From Acidobacteriota bacterium (GTDB lineage Bacteria > Acidobacteriota > Thermoanaerobaculia > Gp7-AA8), in contig JAFATB010000006.1 of the NCBI GenBank assembly GCA_019244185.1, positions 32,001 to 96,000 on the forward strand: a stretch of 64,000 bases of DNA, written 5' to 3'. Within the stretch, counting starts at the first letter, position 1. Each line of letters opens with the position of its first letter. This document shows positions 29,855 to 40,932 of this stretch, piece by piece. The notes below the pieces were generated by a model that saw nothing but the letters and a program-made list of their open reading frames with translations, ran no database searches and was not told the DNA's origin. A program made the position numbers and the translations under genes.

Positions 29855-30538
29855 GTGCTCGCGAACGCGTTCCCGACCGTTCCGCCGCCGGCGCAGCGGC
29901 TGCTCGTTTTCGCGCGCCTGCCGCTGCACGGAACGGTCAAAACGCGCCTCGCCGCGGAGCTCGGCCACGACCGCGCGCTCGAACTGTACGAGGCGATGCT
30001 GCGCGACCTGCTGACATCGATCGGCGCGCCAACGCGCGAGACCGAGATCGAGTGCCTCTGGCCGCCCACGCCGCACGCGAACGGCGCGCTGCTGCGCCGC
30101 GCGTTCGCGGATCACGCCGTGGCCATGCAGACCGGCGCGGACCTCGGCGTGCGGTTGTCGATGGCGTTCTCCGAGCGCTTCTTCTTTCACCGCACGCGCA
30201 AGATCATCGCCATCGGCGCGGACGATCCGACGCTGCCGCGCGCGCTCATCGATCACGCCTTCGCGCTGCTCGACTCGTGCGACTACACGCTCGGACCCGC
30301 GACCGACGGCGGCTACTACCTCATCGGCTGCCGCGCCGCGTCGTTCGATCCGCGCGTCTTCGAAGACATCGATTGGGGGACGCCGTCGGTTTACGCGACG
30401 ACGCGCGCGCGCATCGCGGAGCTGAACTGTTCCGTCGCCGTGCTGCCCGAGCGTTACGACATCGACGTCGCCGCCGATCTCGAACGCTTCGCGGGCGAAG
30501 AACACGACGGCGAGCTGGGGAGACTGCTGCGCTCATGA
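29855..30538 (+). CDS. TIGR04282/DUF2064 family glycosyltransferase-like (CofC-like) protein
   Basis: FARLP..GTVKTRL, QTGADLG.R, IGADDP, LGPATDGGYYLIG, IDWGT, YDIDVAADL. GTG 29855. Confidence 0.85.
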   Translation: MLANAFPTVPPPAQRLLVFARLPLHGTVKTRLAAELGHDRALELYEAMLRDLLTSIGAPTRETEIECLWPPTPHANGALLRRAFADHAVAMQTGADLGVRLSMAFSERFFFHRTRKIIAIGADDPTLPRALIDHAFALLDSCDYTLGPATDGGYYLIGCRAASFDPRVFEDIDWGTPSVYATTRARIAELNCSVAVLPERYDIDVAADLERFAGEEHDGELGRLLRS

Positions 30539-32043
30539 AGATCCTCACCGCGGACGAGATGCGCAACATCGACCGCCGCGCGACGGAACGCTTCGGCGTG
30601 CCGTCGATCGTGCTGATGGAGAACGCCGCCATCGCCGTCGTCGACGCGCTCTTCGAACATTACGCATCGGCGGAACGCGTGGCGCTCGTCTGCGGCACCG
30701 GCGCGAACGGCGGCGACGGATTCGCGGTCGCGCGGCATCTCGAGAACCGCGGCGTCGTGCCGGTGGTCGTGATCGTCGGCGACCGCACGCGCATCGCCGG
30801 CGACGCGCGGACGAACCTCGACATCTGCGAGCGCCTCGGCATCCCGATCTTCGCGATCGCGGACGAAGCGGACATCGAGACCGAGCTCGCGCACGTCGCC
30901 GACTGCGACGTCCTCGTCGACGCGCTCTTCGGCACCGGCCTCAATCGTCCGCCGGCCGGCGTGCACGCGGGCGTCATCCGCGCGCTCGCGGAGCTGCGCA
31001 TCCCGGTGCTCGCGATCGATCTGCCGAGCGGCCTCGATGCGTCGTCGCCCGCGCCGTTCGAGCCGTGCGTGCAGGCCGAGGTGACGGTCACGTTCGCGGC
31101 GCCGAAGCTCTGCCACGTCTTCGAGCCAGCCGCGCTCTACTGCGGCGAGGTGATCGTCGCCGACATCGCCATTCCGAACATCGCCGTCGACGAGGAGAAC
31201 GTCGCGCTCGCGCTCATCACGCCGCGCGATCTGCAGCCGCTCGTCGAGCCGCGCCTCGCCGCGACGCATAAGGGCACGTACGGCCACGCCGGCATCATCG
31301 CCGGCTCGCCCGGCCGCAGCGGCGCCGCCGTGCTCGCCGCGCGCGGCGCGATCCGCATTGGCGCGGGACTCGTCACGGTGATGACCGACGCGCAGACCGC
31401 GACGCTGGTGAACGCGGGTTCGATCGAGTCGATGACCGACGCGCGCGGCGACCTCGCCGCGTTCCTCGAGCGCAAGGACGCGATCCTCATCGGTCCCGGA
31501 CTCGCGGACGACGAGACCTCATACGCGGACATCCGCGCGACCGTCGCCGCCATCGAGCTGCCGCTCGTCATCGACGCGTCCGCGCTGAACGCGTTTGCAT
31601 TACGCGCGAACGAGCTCAATCCGCGTGGACTGCCGCGCGTCCTCACGCCGCATCCCGGCGAGCTCGCGCGCCTCACCGGCGGCGACACCGCGACCATCAA
31701 CGCGAACCGCATCGCATCCGCGCGCGCGGCCGCGCGCGCGACGAATTGCGTGGTCGTGCTGAAAGGACATCAGACGCTCGTCGCGGAGCCCGACGGGCAA
31801 GTGCACGCCAATCCGACCGGCAATCCCGGCATGGCCAGCGGCGGCATGGGCGACGTCCTCGGCGGCGTCATCGCGGCATTGCTCGCGCGCGGCGCCGATC
31901 CGGTCGATGCGGCGTGCGCCGGCGTGTACCTGCACGGACTCGCGGGCGATCTCGCGAAAGAGGAGATCGGCGACACCGGCCTCGCGGCTCTCGATGTCGC
32001 CGATCGGATTCCGAAGGCGATTCAGCGCGCGCGCAGTTTCTGA
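30535..32043 (+). CDS. nnr: Bifunctional NAD(P)H-hydrate epimerase/dehydratase
   Basis: LMENA, GANGGDG, DALFGTG, DLPSG, HKGTYG, IGPGL, LTPHPGE, LKG, GNPGMASGGMGDVL. Confidence 0.94.
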   Translation: MKILTADEMRNIDRRATERFGVPSIVLMENAAIAVVDALFEHYASAERVALVCGTGANGGDGFAVARHLENRGVVPVVVIVGDRTRIAGDARTNLDICERLGIPIFAIADEADIETELAHVADCDVLVDALFGTGLNRPPAGVHAGVIRALAELRIPVLAIDLPSGLDASSPAPFEPCVQAEVTVTFAAPKLCHVFEPAALYCGEVIVADIAIPNIAVDEENVALALITPRDLQPLVEPRLAATHKGTYGHAGIIAGSPGRSGAAVLAARGAIRIGAGLVTVMTDAQTATLVNAGSIESMTDARGDLAAFLERKDAILIGPGLADDETSYADIRATVAAIELPLVIDASALNAFALRANELNPRGLPRVLTPHPGELARLTGGDTATINANRIASARAAARATNCVVVLKGHQTLVAEPDGQVHANPTGNPGMASGGMGDVLGGVIAALLARGADPVDAACAGVYLHGLAGDLAKEEIGDTGLAALDVADRIPKAIQRARSF

Positions 32044-32978
32044 AGCTGCTTCACGACGTCGCGGAACCGCTGTCCCGAGAACTCCGCCGCCGGCGCCGCC
32101 GCCGCGTTGGGCGCCTGCCACGCGCCCGCCGCATCCGCGGGAGCGGACAGCGCGAGGCGCGGCGTCGAGCTCGCGGCGATCGCATGCGCGCCCGCTTTCG
32201 GATACATCTGCGCGATGAACTTCTTGTCGCCTGCCGACAGATCGGTGTTGTTCGGCGTGGCCTTGCCGCCGATGATCAGCGACGCATCGAAGTGATACAG
32301 CATGATCGACTTCGCATCGAACTCCGTCGCGTTCAGCTGATTGATGCTGTATTTCTGAATGATGTTGAAGTCGATGGTCTGCTTGTCCCAGTTGTTCGGC
32401 GGTCCGCTGAACGCGGCGTAGACGCGCGGCAGATTCCACTTGATGCCGCCCTTCGGATTCTGATGCTCGTGAATCGCGCCGAGGGCGTGGCCGAATTCGT
32501 GGACGACGACGCGGCGCCATTCGACGTCGTCGGTGTCGTCGCGCAGCCAGCCGAAGTTCATCGTCGGCTGCGTCTTCGGGAACGACCCGGTCTGCAGGCA
32601 GTCGACGCCGACCGCGGACCAGGAGCCGGACTGGCGGAAGGAGATGCGGATCTCCGCGGTGGCGCCGCCGTTGAAGTCGAAGGTGACGTTCGCGAACTGC
32701 GACCATTCGTTCGCGAAGCGCTGCACCTGCTTCTTCTGCGTCACGCTCCCGTCGAGAAACTTCACTTTCAGCTTGCGGCCGTTGCTCCATTTCTTCTGCG
32801 TGACGAGCGCCATCCGGAACGGGTGCAGCACCTCGCCGGGACGCAGCACGATCGGCGGCGGCTCGTTGGCGGGGTTCTCGTTCATCGCGAGCACCGCCGC
32901 ATCCATCGCGTGATGCGGCTGCACCACGCGGTCCACGCACATCCTCATGTCATTGAAGTCGGGACTCCTGCGCGCCAT
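32022..32978 (-). CDS. Astacin/tolloid-like (metzincin) zinc metalloprotease
   Basis: EIRISF..GSWSAVG, HEFGHALGAIHEHQ zinc motif, SIMLY Met-turn. SD AAGGAG. No signal peptide. Confidence 0.88.
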   Translation of the reverse strand: MARRSPDFNDMRMCVDRVVQPHHAMDAAVLAMNENPANEPPPIVLRPGEVLHPFRMALVTQKKWSNGRKLKVKFLDGSVTQKKQVQRFANEWSQFANVTFDFNGGATAEIRISFRQSGSWSAVGVDCLQTGSFPKTQPTMNFGWLRDDTDDVEWRRVVVHEFGHALGAIHEHQNPKGGIKWNLPRVYAAFSGPPNNWDKQTIDFNIIQKYSINQLNATEFDAKSIMLYHFDASLIIGGKATPNNTDLSAGDKKFIAQMYPKAGAHAIAASSTPRLALSAPADAAGAWQAPNAAAAPAAEFSGQRFRDVVKQLQKLRAR

Positions 32979-33031
32979 ATTGATCTCCTTATGGTTTGAA
33001 GGAGACCATTCTGCGCCTAAAATCGCCGGCC

Positions 33032-33487
33032 GTGCGATTCATCTGCGCCACCGAAGCGGAAACGGAAGCAGCCGGCCGGCAGCTCGCCCGCGGCTTTGCA
33101 CCCGATGCCACCGTGCACCTCGTCGGCGACCTCGGCGCGGGCAAGACCTTCCTCGCGCGCGCCATCGCCGCCGAGCTCGGCGCCGATCCCGCCGACGTCG
33201 CGTCGCCGTCGTTCGCCATCGTCCACGAATACCCTCGCGCAGGCGCGCCGCCGATCGTGCACATCGACGGCTATCGGTTGTCGGAGAACCGCCGCGAATG
33301 GCTGGAGATCGGCATCCCGGAACTGCTCTCCGGCCCCGGCGTGAAGCTGATCGAATGGCCGAAGCGCGCGTTCACGGAGTTCGAGAGCGCGCACGTCGAG
33401 ATCGCGATCACAGTGCGCGACGACGGCGCGCGCGTCATCGACGTCCGCGACGACGGCGCGCGCGTCATCGACATCACGCCGGCGTAG
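33032..33487 (+). CDS. tsaE: tRNA threonylcarbamoyladenosine biosynthesis ATPase
   Basis: GDLGAGKT, VASPSFAIVHEY, HIDGYRL, IEWP. Start is GTG 33032 (or TTG 32996). Confidence 0.92.
   Translation: MRFICATEAETEAAGRQLARGFAPDATVHLVGDLGAGKTFLARAIAAELGADPADVASPSFAIVHEYPRAGAPPIVHIDGYRLSENRREWLEIGIPELLSGPGVKLIEWPKRAFTEFESAHVEIAITVRDDGARVIDVRDDGARVIDITPA
33413..33472 (+). repeat. 30-bp in-frame tandem duplication in tsaE (VRDDGARVID x2)
   Basis: gtgcgcgacgacggcgcgcgcgtcatcgac followed by gtccgcgacgacggcgcgcgcgtcatcgac, one mismatch. Confidence 0.95.
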
Positions 33488-33493
33488 CTTCGC

Positions 33494-34360
33494 TCAGCGG
33501 TAATCGCGCGACAGCGACGCCACCGCGGTCGGCTCCGGCGAGAGCGGACGCAGCGGACGGCGGCCTTCGTTGCCGGAGCGGTCGAGCGGATGCCCTTCGA
33601 CGTCGTACTTGCCGTAGACCTCGCCCGTTTGCGTGTCGTAGACCCACAGGCCGAGGAGCTGCGCGTCGATGGCGTACTGGAACGTCTCCTGTTCCGTCGG
33701 CGAGTCGATGGTCGCGTCTTTCCAGTTGAAGCCGGTCACATCGTGGAGATCGGCGCGCGTCTCGGCGGTCATCCGCTGCGGCACGCTTTCCGGTCCGAGC
33801 GTCGCGACGGCGAGGACGCCGAGGCGGTCTTTCACCGCGCGCGCGTTCTCGACCGGCACCGCGACCTTCAGCGCGACGATGCCAAAGTCCTGATCGGGCA
33901 GGATCAGTCCCCACTCGTGCCACGTCGACGACTGCACGGTCACCGTCGCACCGAACGCGTTGCTGGCCTGATGCGTGCCGTCGACCTTGCCGGTGCGCTG
34001 CAGCACGAGCAGTCCGCCATCCGCGGACTCGCGGCCGCGATGCACGAAATCGAAGTAGAGGTTGATCGTGAATTTGCCGGTGTCGGCGTCGTAGTTCACC
34101 GGGCCGATCGGTGCCGCGTTGAACGCGTAGACGCCGTGCGGCACCTTGTTCTTGCGCGCTTCCCACTGCGCCGTCGTTTCGTATTCGTCTTTCGGCGGAA
34201 TCGACAGCACGCGATACACGGCCTGGAAGTCGGCGGGCTTGAAGCCGGCCGGCAGCGAAGTCACGGAAGGATCGAACTCGGCCGCGCCTTTGTCGGCCGC
34301 GGCAGGTTGCGCGGCGAGCGGCAGCACGAGGAACGCGAAGACTGCAATCGCCTTCTTCAT
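33494..34360 (-). CDS. Secreted hypothetical protein
   Basis: [17 protein letters not shown] signal peptide, [13 protein letters not shown] motif, GGAG SD. Confidence 0.75.
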   Translation of the reverse strand: MKKAIAVFAFLVLPLAAQPAAADKGAAEFDPSVTSLPAGFKPADFQAVYRVLSIPPKDEYETTAQWEARKNKVPHGVYAFNAAPIGPVNYDADTGKFTINLYFDFVHRGRESADGGLLVLQRTGKVDGTHQASNAFGATVTVQSSTWHEWGLILPDQDFGIVALKVAVPVENARAVKDRLGVLAVATLGPESVPQRMTAETRADLHDVTGFNWKDATIDSPTEQETFQYAIDAQLLGLWVYDTQTGEVYGKYDVEGHPLDRSGNEGRRPLRPLSPEPTAVASLSRDYR

Positions 34361-34388
34361 GCTCCCCGGAGATTACAATCCGCGCGCC

Positions 34389-36674
34389 ATGGAGATTACG
34401 CCGCAAGTCATCGCCGCTCACGGCCTCACGACCGACGAATACGAGCGCATCCTCCAGATCCTCGGCCGCGCCCCGAACTACACCGAGCTCGGCATCTTCT
34501 CGGTGATGTGGTCGGAGCACTGCTCGTACAAATCGAGCCGCGTGCATCTGCGCAACTTCCCGACCAGCGGCGCGCGCGTCGTGCAAGGCCCCGGCGAGAA
34601 CGCGGGCGTCATCGACATCGGCGACGGCTGGGTGGCGGCGTTCAAGATGGAGTCGCACAACCATCCGTCGTACATCGAGCCGTATCAGGGCGCGGCCACG
34701 GGCGTCGGCGGCATCCTGCGCGACATCTTCACGATGGGCGCGCGTCCGATCGCGTGTCTCGATTCGCTGCGCTTCGGCGAGCTCGACGCGCCGCGCATGA
34801 AGTACCTCGTCGACGGCGTCGTGCGCGGCATCGCCGGCTACGGCAACTGCATCGGCATCCCCACCATCGGCGGCGAGACGTCGTTCCACGCGTCGTACAA
34901 CGGCAACATCCTCGTCAACGTGTTCGCCCTCGGCGTCACGAAGCGCGAGAAGATCTTCAAAGGCACCGCGAGCGGCGTCGGCAACCCGGTCATCTACGTC
35001 GGCTCGAAGACGGGACGCGACGGCATTCATGGCGCGACCATGGCGTCCGCTGAATTCGACGAGGCGTCCGAAGAGAAACGCCCGACCGTGCAGGTCGGCG
35101 ATCCGTTCACGGAGAAACTGCTGCTCGAGGCGTGCCTCGAGATCATGGACTCCGACGCGGACGCTGATTGCGCAGTAGTGGGAATCCAGGACATGGGCGC
35201 CGCGGGCCTGACGTCGTCATCGTTCGAGATGGCGGGCCGCGCCGGCACCGGCATCCGCATGGAGCTCGATCGCGTGCCGGTGCGCGAGAGCGGCATGACG
35301 CCGTACGAGATCATGCTCAGCGAATCGCAGGAGCGGATGCTCATCGTCGCGAAGCAGGGACGCGAGGCCGACGTCATCCGCACGTTCGAGAAGTGGGATC
35401 TCAACGCCGCCGTCGTCGGCACGGTCACGGATGACGGTTTCGTGCGGCTCATCTGGCGCGGCGAGGAAGTCGCGGCGATCCCCGTCGAGCCGATTTCGAC
35501 GGAGGCGCCGGTGTACGAGCGTCCCGTCGCAAAGCCGCAGTTGCCGATCGAAACGATCTTTCCGCGCGAGCGCGTGGCCGACGGCGATCTCACGGACACG
35601 CTGCTGCGTCTCGTCGCATCGCCGAATCTCTGTTCGAAGCACTGGCTCTTCGAGCAGTACGACACGACCGTGCGCACGAACACGATCGCCGGCCCCGAGG
35701 CGCGCGACGCGGCGATCGTGCGCATCAAGGAGACCGGACGCGCGCTGGCGATGACGTCCGACGTCAATCCGATGTACTGCTTCCTCGATCCGTACGAGGG
35801 CGGCAAGCAAGCCGTCGCGGAAGCGGCGCGCAACGTCGCGGTGTCGGGCGCGCAGCCGGTGGCGATCACGGATTGCCTGAACTTCGGCTCGCCGGAGCGC
35901 GCGGAGATCATGGGGCAGTTCGCGGAATGCATCCGCGGCATCAGCGACGCGTGCCGCGCGCTCGACACGCCGGTCGTCTCCGGCAACGTGTCCTTCTACA
36001 ACGAGACCGAGGGACGCGCGATCCATCCGACGCCGACGGTGGGCATGGTGGGCATTCTCGAGTCGGACCGCGGCGGCTGCGGCCTCGCCTTCGCGGACGC
36101 CGGTCTCGATGTGATTCTCCTCGGCAGCACGCGCGACGAACTCGGCGGCTCCGAATGGCAGCAGATGTTCGCCGGCGATGCGCGCGCGCTGCCGCCGCGC
36201 GTCGATCTCGATGCGGAGAAGGCGCTCATCGCGCTCGTGCTCGAACTGCACGCGACGCAGACGCTCCGCGCCGCGCACGACCTCGCGAATGGCGGCCTCG
36301 CGGTGGCGCTCGGCGAGATGTCGTCGCGCGGCATCGGCTGTCACGTCGACCTCGGCGCGCACGCCAACGACCTCGACGCGGTCGCGCTGCTCTTCAGCGA
36401 GTCGCAGGCGCGCGCGGTCGTCGCGTGTCAGCCCGCCGATCGCCAGCGCGTGCTCGACGCCGCCGCGAAACACGGCGTCGCCGCGCAGCGCATCGGCCAC
36501 ACCGCGTTCGGTACGTTCCTCATCGAGCGCAACGGCGTGCCGCTCGTCCGCGTGGCGGCGCAGGAGCTCGCGCGCGTCTGCCGCTCCTCCTTCGCCCTGC
36601 TCCTCGGCGGCGACACGATCGACGGCGTGCTGCGCGGCGCGGGCGAGGAAGCGCTGGATGTCATCGCACACTGA
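34389..36674 (+). CDS. purL: Phosphoribosylformylglycinamidine synthase subunit PurL
   Basis: [59 protein letters not shown]. Confidence 0.97.
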   Translation: MEITPQVIAAHGLTTDEYERILQILGRAPNYTELGIFSVMWSEHCSYKSSRVHLRNFPTSGARVVQGPGENAGVIDIGDGWVAAFKMESHNHPSYIEPYQGAATGVGGILRDIFTMGARPIACLDSLRFGELDAPRMKYLVDGVVRGIAGYGNCIGIPTIGGETSFHASYNGNILVNVFALGVTKREKIFKGTASGVGNPVIYVGSKTGRDGIHGATMASAEFDEASEEKRPTVQVGDPFTEKLLLEACLEIMDSDADADCAVVGIQDMGAAGLTSSSFEMAGRAGTGIRMELDRVPVRESGMTPYEIMLSESQERMLIVAKQGREADVIRTFEKWDLNAAVVGTVTDDGFVRLIWRGEEVAAIPVEPISTEAPVYERPVAKPQLPIETIFPRERVADGDLTDTLLRLVASPNLCSKHWLFEQYDTTVRTNTIAGPEARDAAIVRIKETGRALAMTSDVNPMYCFLDPYEGGKQAVAEAARNVAVSGAQPVAITDCLNFGSPERAEIMGQFAECIRGISDACRALDTPVVSGNVSFYNETEGRAIHPTPTVGMVGILESDRGGCGLAFADAGLDVILLGSTRDELGGSEWQQMFAGDARALPPRVDLDAEKALIALVLELHATQTLRAAHDLANGGLAVALGEMSSRGIGCHVDLGAHANDLDAVALLFSESQARAVVACQPADRQRVLDAAAKHGVAAQRIGHTAFGTFLIERNGVPLVRVAAQELARVCRSSFALLLGGDTIDGVLRGAGEEALDVIAH

Positions 36675-36719
36675 CGCGCCGCACCGCACAGAATCCTGTG
36701 CATCGGCTACCATCGCGTC

Positions 36720-36926
36720 ATGCAGACCCTCGATCCCGACGCGCGCGTGGCGCAAATCACGTTCAACGAGACGTTGCAGGCCGAAATCCGGTTCACGGAC
36801 GGCCGCGAAGTCGTGTGGAGCGGACCGCTCGCCGCAGAGCTCCGAGAGTCGGTGCAAGCCGCCGTGCGGCGCGGCTTCGCGCGGCGCAGGCCCGGCAGCT
36901 CGGGTCCGAACTCGATCGCGAACTGA
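36720..36926 (+). CDS. Small hypothetical protein (68 aa)
   Basis: Fills the intergenic gap with GC-typical codons. TACCAT lies 6 nt before the ATG. Confidence 0.55.
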   Translation: MQTLDPDARVAQITFNETLQAEIRFTDGREVVWSGPLAAELRESVQAAVRRGFARRRPGSSGPNSIAN

Positions 36927-36992
36927 GTACAGCGCCCCGGAAGAACGTGTCCGCCTCTTCGCGCGGCGGCGAGAGCGCCGTGCGGAAGTGAG

Positions 36993-38177
36993 CTACGAGA
37001 TCGCGGGTCGCACGACGCCGCGGCATTCGCCGAAGCCGATGCGCGCGTGGCCTTCGCGCTCGCAGTAGCCGCGCAGGATCACTTCGTCGCCGTCCTCGAG
37101 GAACTTGCGCGTCTCGCCGTCCGGCAGCGCGAGCGGCTCGGTGCCGCGCCACGTCAGCTCGAGCAGGCAGCCGCGCGAATCCTTCGCCGTGCCGGAGATC
37201 GTGCCGCTGCCGAGGAGATCGCCGGGGCGAAGGTTGCAGCCGTTGGAGGTGTGATGCGCGACGAGCTGCGCGACCGTCCAGTAGAGATCGCGCGCGTTGC
37301 CGCGGCTGATGCGCACCGGCTCGGACATCTTCGCGCTGCGCAGCCACACTTCCACCGTGACGTCGAACGCGACGGAATCCTGTAAGTAAGGAAGCGGCTG
37401 CGGATCGCCGTCCGGACGTTTTTCCGGAGAGACGCGAAACGGCTCGAGCGCGTCGAGCGTGACGATCCACGGCGAGATCGTCGTGGCGAAATTCTTCGCC
37501 AGGAACGGGCCGAGCGGCTGGTACTCCCACGTCTGGATGTCGCGTGCCGACCAGTCGTTGAGCAGACAAAAACCGAAGACGTGGTCGAGCGCGCGGTCGA
37601 TTGCGATCGGCTCGCCGAGCGCATTGCCGGCGCCGATGAACGCGCCGAGCTCGAGCTCGTAGTCGAGGCGCTTCGATGGACCGAACAGCGGCGCCGCATT
37701 CGCGTCGTCGCGCGTCTGCCCGCGCGGGCGGCGGACGTCGGTACCGCTGACGACGATCGACGAGGAGCGGCCGTGGTAGCCGATCGGAATCCACTTGTAG
37801 TTCGGCAGCAACGGATTGTCGGGGCGGAACATCGAGCCGACGTTCGTCGCGTGATGCACGCTCGCGTAAAAGTCGGTGTAGTCGCCGACGCGCGCGGGAA
37901 GCAGCAGCCGCGCGTCTTTCATCGGCACGAGGTGCTCGTCCGCGGTGCCGCGCGTCAGCAGCTCCTGCACGCGCTCGCGCACGGCGCGCGCGGCGGGACG
38001 GCCTTTCGCCATGAGCGCGTTGAGGTCGGGCTCGCGCAACGCGGGCTCGTCGATGAGACCGGCGCGCGCGCAGGCGTGGAGGTCGAGGACGTCGTCGCCG
38101 AACGCGGTGACGATGTGCGCCTCTCCGTCGCGCTGCATGACGCCGAAGGGGAGGTTTTCGATCGGAAAGTCGTTCAC
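36993..38177 (-). CDS. fahA: Fumarylacetoacetase
   Basis: FPIENLPFG, GDYTDFY, PIGYHGRSSS, LDYELE, NDWSARDIQ.WEY.PLGPF, GSGTISG, FLEDGD. GTGA coupling. Confidence 0.95.
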   Translation of the reverse strand: MNDFPIENLPFGVMQRDGEAHIVTAFGDDVLDLHACARAGLIDEPALREPDLNALMAKGRPAARAVRERVQELLTRGTADEHLVPMKDARLLLPARVGDYTDFYASVHHATNVGSMFRPDNPLLPNYKWIPIGYHGRSSSIVVSGTDVRRPRGQTRDDANAAPLFGPSKRLDYELELGAFIGAGNALGEPIAIDRALDHVFGFCLLNDWSARDIQTWEYQPLGPFLAKNFATTISPWIVTLDALEPFRVSPEKRPDGDPQPLPYLQDSVAFDVTVEVWLRSAKMSEPVRISRGNARDLYWTVAQLVAHHTSNGCNLRPGDLLGSGTISGTAKDSRGCLLELTWRGTEPLALPDGETRKFLEDGDEVILRGYCEREGHARIGFGECRGVVRPAIS

Positions 38178-38917
38178 AGCCACCCGAGCTCCTCGAGGTC
38201 GGCGAGCGGTTCTTCGAACGAGCACGAGCCGAACGAGATCGCGAACTCGCGGCGCGTGCGTTCGAGCTCCGCGAGGCTGACCTGCGCGTCGCGCCACGAC
38301 GCGCCGTCGTCGTCGAACGCAAACGCGTGCGGATCTTCCTCGCGCAGGATCTCGTCCGCGCGGTCGAGTATCGCCGCGGCGAGGAAGACGTTCACGAAGC
38401 CGTGCATCGTGCCGGTTGGCGCGTGCGGCTCGTACGTCAGCGCCTTGATGCAGCGCACCGGATGATGCAGGCCCGCCGTCGCCTTGAACGCGACGCCCGC
38501 GCGCTTACACGCGCGCAGAAACGCGGCCACGGAATCGGGCGCGGGGAACGCGTCGGCGCTGATGCCGCCGGTGCGGATCTTCGCACGCAGACCGTGCTCT
38601 GCGATCGCGTCGAGCAGCGCGACGTCGGCGATCTCGACGTAGACCGTTCGTCCGTTCGCCTCGCCTGCGATGCGCTCGACATCCTCGCGCGTCGACGCCT
38701 TGATCTCGTCGATGCCGAGGACGCTCAGCGGAAAGTCGGACGGCACCTCGTGCGCGCGATCCTGCGGCACGACGAACTTGCCGAGGGCGAACGCGAACTC
38801 GCCTTCGCGGTAGCGCGCGTAGTTGCGCACCGCGTCCTGCATCGACAGGCCCGCGGGCGGAAAGAGGCCCGCGTAGTCGATGAGCTGATCGAGAAAGATG
38901 CGCAGCGACGGCTTCAT
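38174..38917 (-). CDS. Conserved hypothetical protein between hmgA and fahA
   Basis: [41 protein letters not shown]. Coupled to both neighbours by 4-bp overlaps. Confidence 0.8.
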   Translation of the reverse strand: MKPSLRIFLDQLIDYAGLFPPAGLSMQDAVRNYARYREGEFAFALGKFVVPQDRAHEVPSDFPLSVLGIDEIKASTREDVERIAGEANGRTVYVEIADVALLDAIAEHGLRAKIRTGGISADAFPAPDSVAAFLRACKRAGVAFKATAGLHHPVRCIKALTYEPHAPTGTMHGFVNVFLAAAILDRADEILREEDPHAFAFDDDGASWRDAQVSLAELERTRREFAISFGSCSFEEPLADLEELGWL

Positions 38918-40197
38918 TCGTTCGTGAAGTGCTTTTGGAGGCCGTTCCAGCAGCGCCAGTAATCGCGTTGCAGGAGCGGCGTTTCGAGCGCGAACTTGGT
39001 CGGTCGCAAGATGAACCGCGTCTCGAACATGAAGGCGAGCGTGTCGCCGAGGTAGCGCGGCTCGAGCTTCGCGGTGGAGGCGGTCTCGAACGTCTGCGCG
39101 TCGGGGCCGTGGCCGGACATGCAGTTGTGCAGGCTGCCGCCGCCGGGCGCGAAGCCTTCCGCCTTGGCGTCGTACACGCCGTAGATCAGGCCCATGAACT
39201 CGTTCATCACATTGCGATGAAAGTACGGCGGGCGGAACGTGTTCTCCGCCACCATCCAGCGCGGCGGAAAGATGACGAAGTCGCAGTTCGCGGTGCCGGC
39301 GATCTCGCTGGGCGAGGTCAGCACGGTGAAGATCGACGGATCGGGATGATCGAACGAGACCGTGTTGATGACGTTGAACTGTGCGAGGTCGTACTTGTAC
39401 GGCGCGTAGTTGCCGTGCCACGCGACGACGTCGAGCGGCGAGTGATCGATCTTCGCCGACCAGAGCGCGGCGCCGAATTTCGCGACGAGCTCGAAGTCGC
39501 CGTCGACGTCTTCGAACGCGGCGACCGGCGTCAGAAAATCGCGCGGATTCGCGAGACCGTTCGAGCCGATGGGCCCGAGATCGGGGAGACGGAACGGCTG
39601 CCCGAAGTTCTCGCAGACATAGCCGCGCGCGTCGCCGTCGTTCAGCGCGACGCGGAACTTCGTGCCGCGCGGGATGACCGCGATCTCGCCCGGCTTCACC
39701 TCGATGATGCCGAGCTCCGTGCCGAGGGTGAGCGCGCCCTGCTGCGGCACGAGCAGCAGCTCGCCGTCGGCGTCGTAGAAGAAGCGCCCTTCCATCGAGC
39801 GATTCGCCGCGTAGAGATGAATGCCGACGCCGGCGTTCGCGAACGAGTCGCCGTTGCCCGCGATGGTCACGAGCCCGTCGATGAAGTCCGTGGGCTCGTC
39901 GGGAATCGTCAGCGGATCCCAGCGCAGCTGATTCGGCGGCGTGGGGACTTCGTCGAACGGCGAGCCGCGCAAAAGCCGCATCGCGCGCGGCGCGAACGGC
40001 TCGTGCAGCACGCTCGGGCGGATGCGATACAACCACGAGCGGCGCTGCATCGGCCGCGGCACCGTGAACGGCGACCCGGAAAACTGCTCCGCGTACAGCC
40101 CCCGCCCCACCCGCTGCGGCGAGTTCCCCCGCGCCGGCAGCACACCCGCAATCGCCTCGGACGCGAACTCGTTCCCGAACCCGGATTGATCGTGCAC
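38914..40197 (-). CDS. hmgA: Homogentisate 1,2-dioxygenase
   Basis: [72 protein letters not shown]. Start GTG 40197 is approximate. Confidence 0.96.
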   Translation of the reverse strand: MHDQSGFGNEFASEAIAGVLPARGNSPQRVGRGLYAEQFSGSPFTVPRPMQRRSWLYRIRPSVLHEPFAPRAMRLLRGSPFDEVPTPPNQLRWDPLTIPDEPTDFIDGLVTIAGNGDSFANAGVGIHLYAANRSMEGRFFYDADGELLLVPQQGALTLGTELGIIEVKPGEIAVIPRGTKFRVALNDGDARGYVCENFGQPFRLPDLGPIGSNGLANPRDFLTPVAAFEDVDGDFELVAKFGAALWSAKIDHSPLDVVAWHGNYAPYKYDLAQFNVINTVSFDHPDPSIFTVLTSPSEIAGTANCDFVIFPPRWMVAENTFRPPYFHRNVMNEFMGLIYGVYDAKAEGFAPGGGSLHNCMSGHGPDAQTFETASTAKLEPRYLGDTLAFMFETRFILRPTKFALETPLLQRDYWRCWNGLQKHFTNE

Positions 40198-40246
40198 GGC
40201 ACGCGTGTTTATCACAGGTGCGGCAACAGCGTTACACTCGGACGTG

Positions 40247-40525
40247 ATGACGACCATCCAGCTTTCCGACCTCGACCCCGCCACCGCCGAGAAGGTGCGC
40301 AACGGCGAGACCATCGAGGTCCGCGACGGCGAGAAGACCGTCGCGCGCGTCGTCCCCGCGCACGACCAGGCGATCGAGGAGCGCATCGACGAGCTCGTGC
40401 GGCAGGGAAAGGCGCGGCGGGGGACGGGGACGCTGCCGGACTGGTTCTTCACGGAACGCCCGCCGAAGTTCGAGGGCAGCGTGCTCGAACAGTTGCTCGC
40501 CGACCGTCGGAAAAACGACTGGTGA
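40247..40525 (+). CDS. Type II antitoxin (Phd/YefM-like, VapB)
   Basis: [22 protein letters not shown] Phd-like motif. GTGA-coupled to the PIN gene. Confidence 0.75.
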   Translation: MTTIQLSDLDPATAEKVRNGETIEVRDGEKTVARVVPAHDQAIEERIDELVRQGKARRGTGTLPDWFFTERPPKFEGSVLEQLLADRRKNDW

Positions 40526-40932
40526 GGTTCTGGGATTCGTCTGCCCTCGTGCCGCTCGTGTCGGATGAAGATTCGACCGACGCGCTCACCGCGCTGGCTG
40601 CATCCGATCGAGGCATGCTGGTTTCGTCCATCACGCCGGTGGAGGTGCTGAGCGCAATCTGGCGAAAGGCGCGCACGATCCGTGACGAACGCGTACGCGC
40701 ACGAAGCCATGCACGCCTCGCGGCGCTTCAGGCGCAGTGGGTCGTCGTCAGCGCGGTCGAGGATGTCATCGCAGACGCACTCGACGTCGTCGCACGTCAC
40801 GGCCTGCGCGGCGCGGACGCCATCCAACTGGCGTCCGCTCGCTTCACGCGTAACGAGGCGCTGCCGTTCGTCACGCTCGACCACGACCTCCGCCGCGCCG
40901 CTCGCGCTGAAGGCTTCCCTACCCTTCCCTGA
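40522..40932 (+). CDS. vapC: PIN-domain toxin, VapC family
   Basis: [41 protein letters not shown] acidic PIN motifs. Confidence 0.88.
   Translation: MRFWDSSALVPLVSDEDSTDALTALAASDRGMLVSSITPVEVLSAIWRKARTIRDERVRARSHARLAALQAQWVVVSAVEDVIADALDVVARHGLRGADAIQLASARFTRNEALPFVTLDHDLRRAARAEGFPTLP

Noticed and set aside
29075-30538. Halogenase or arsenosugar biosynthesis cluster
   Set aside because: The HGRD motif fits the common SAM hydrolase (DUF62) rather than a fluorinase or chlorinase, and no arsM, arsS or TIGR04283 partner is present.
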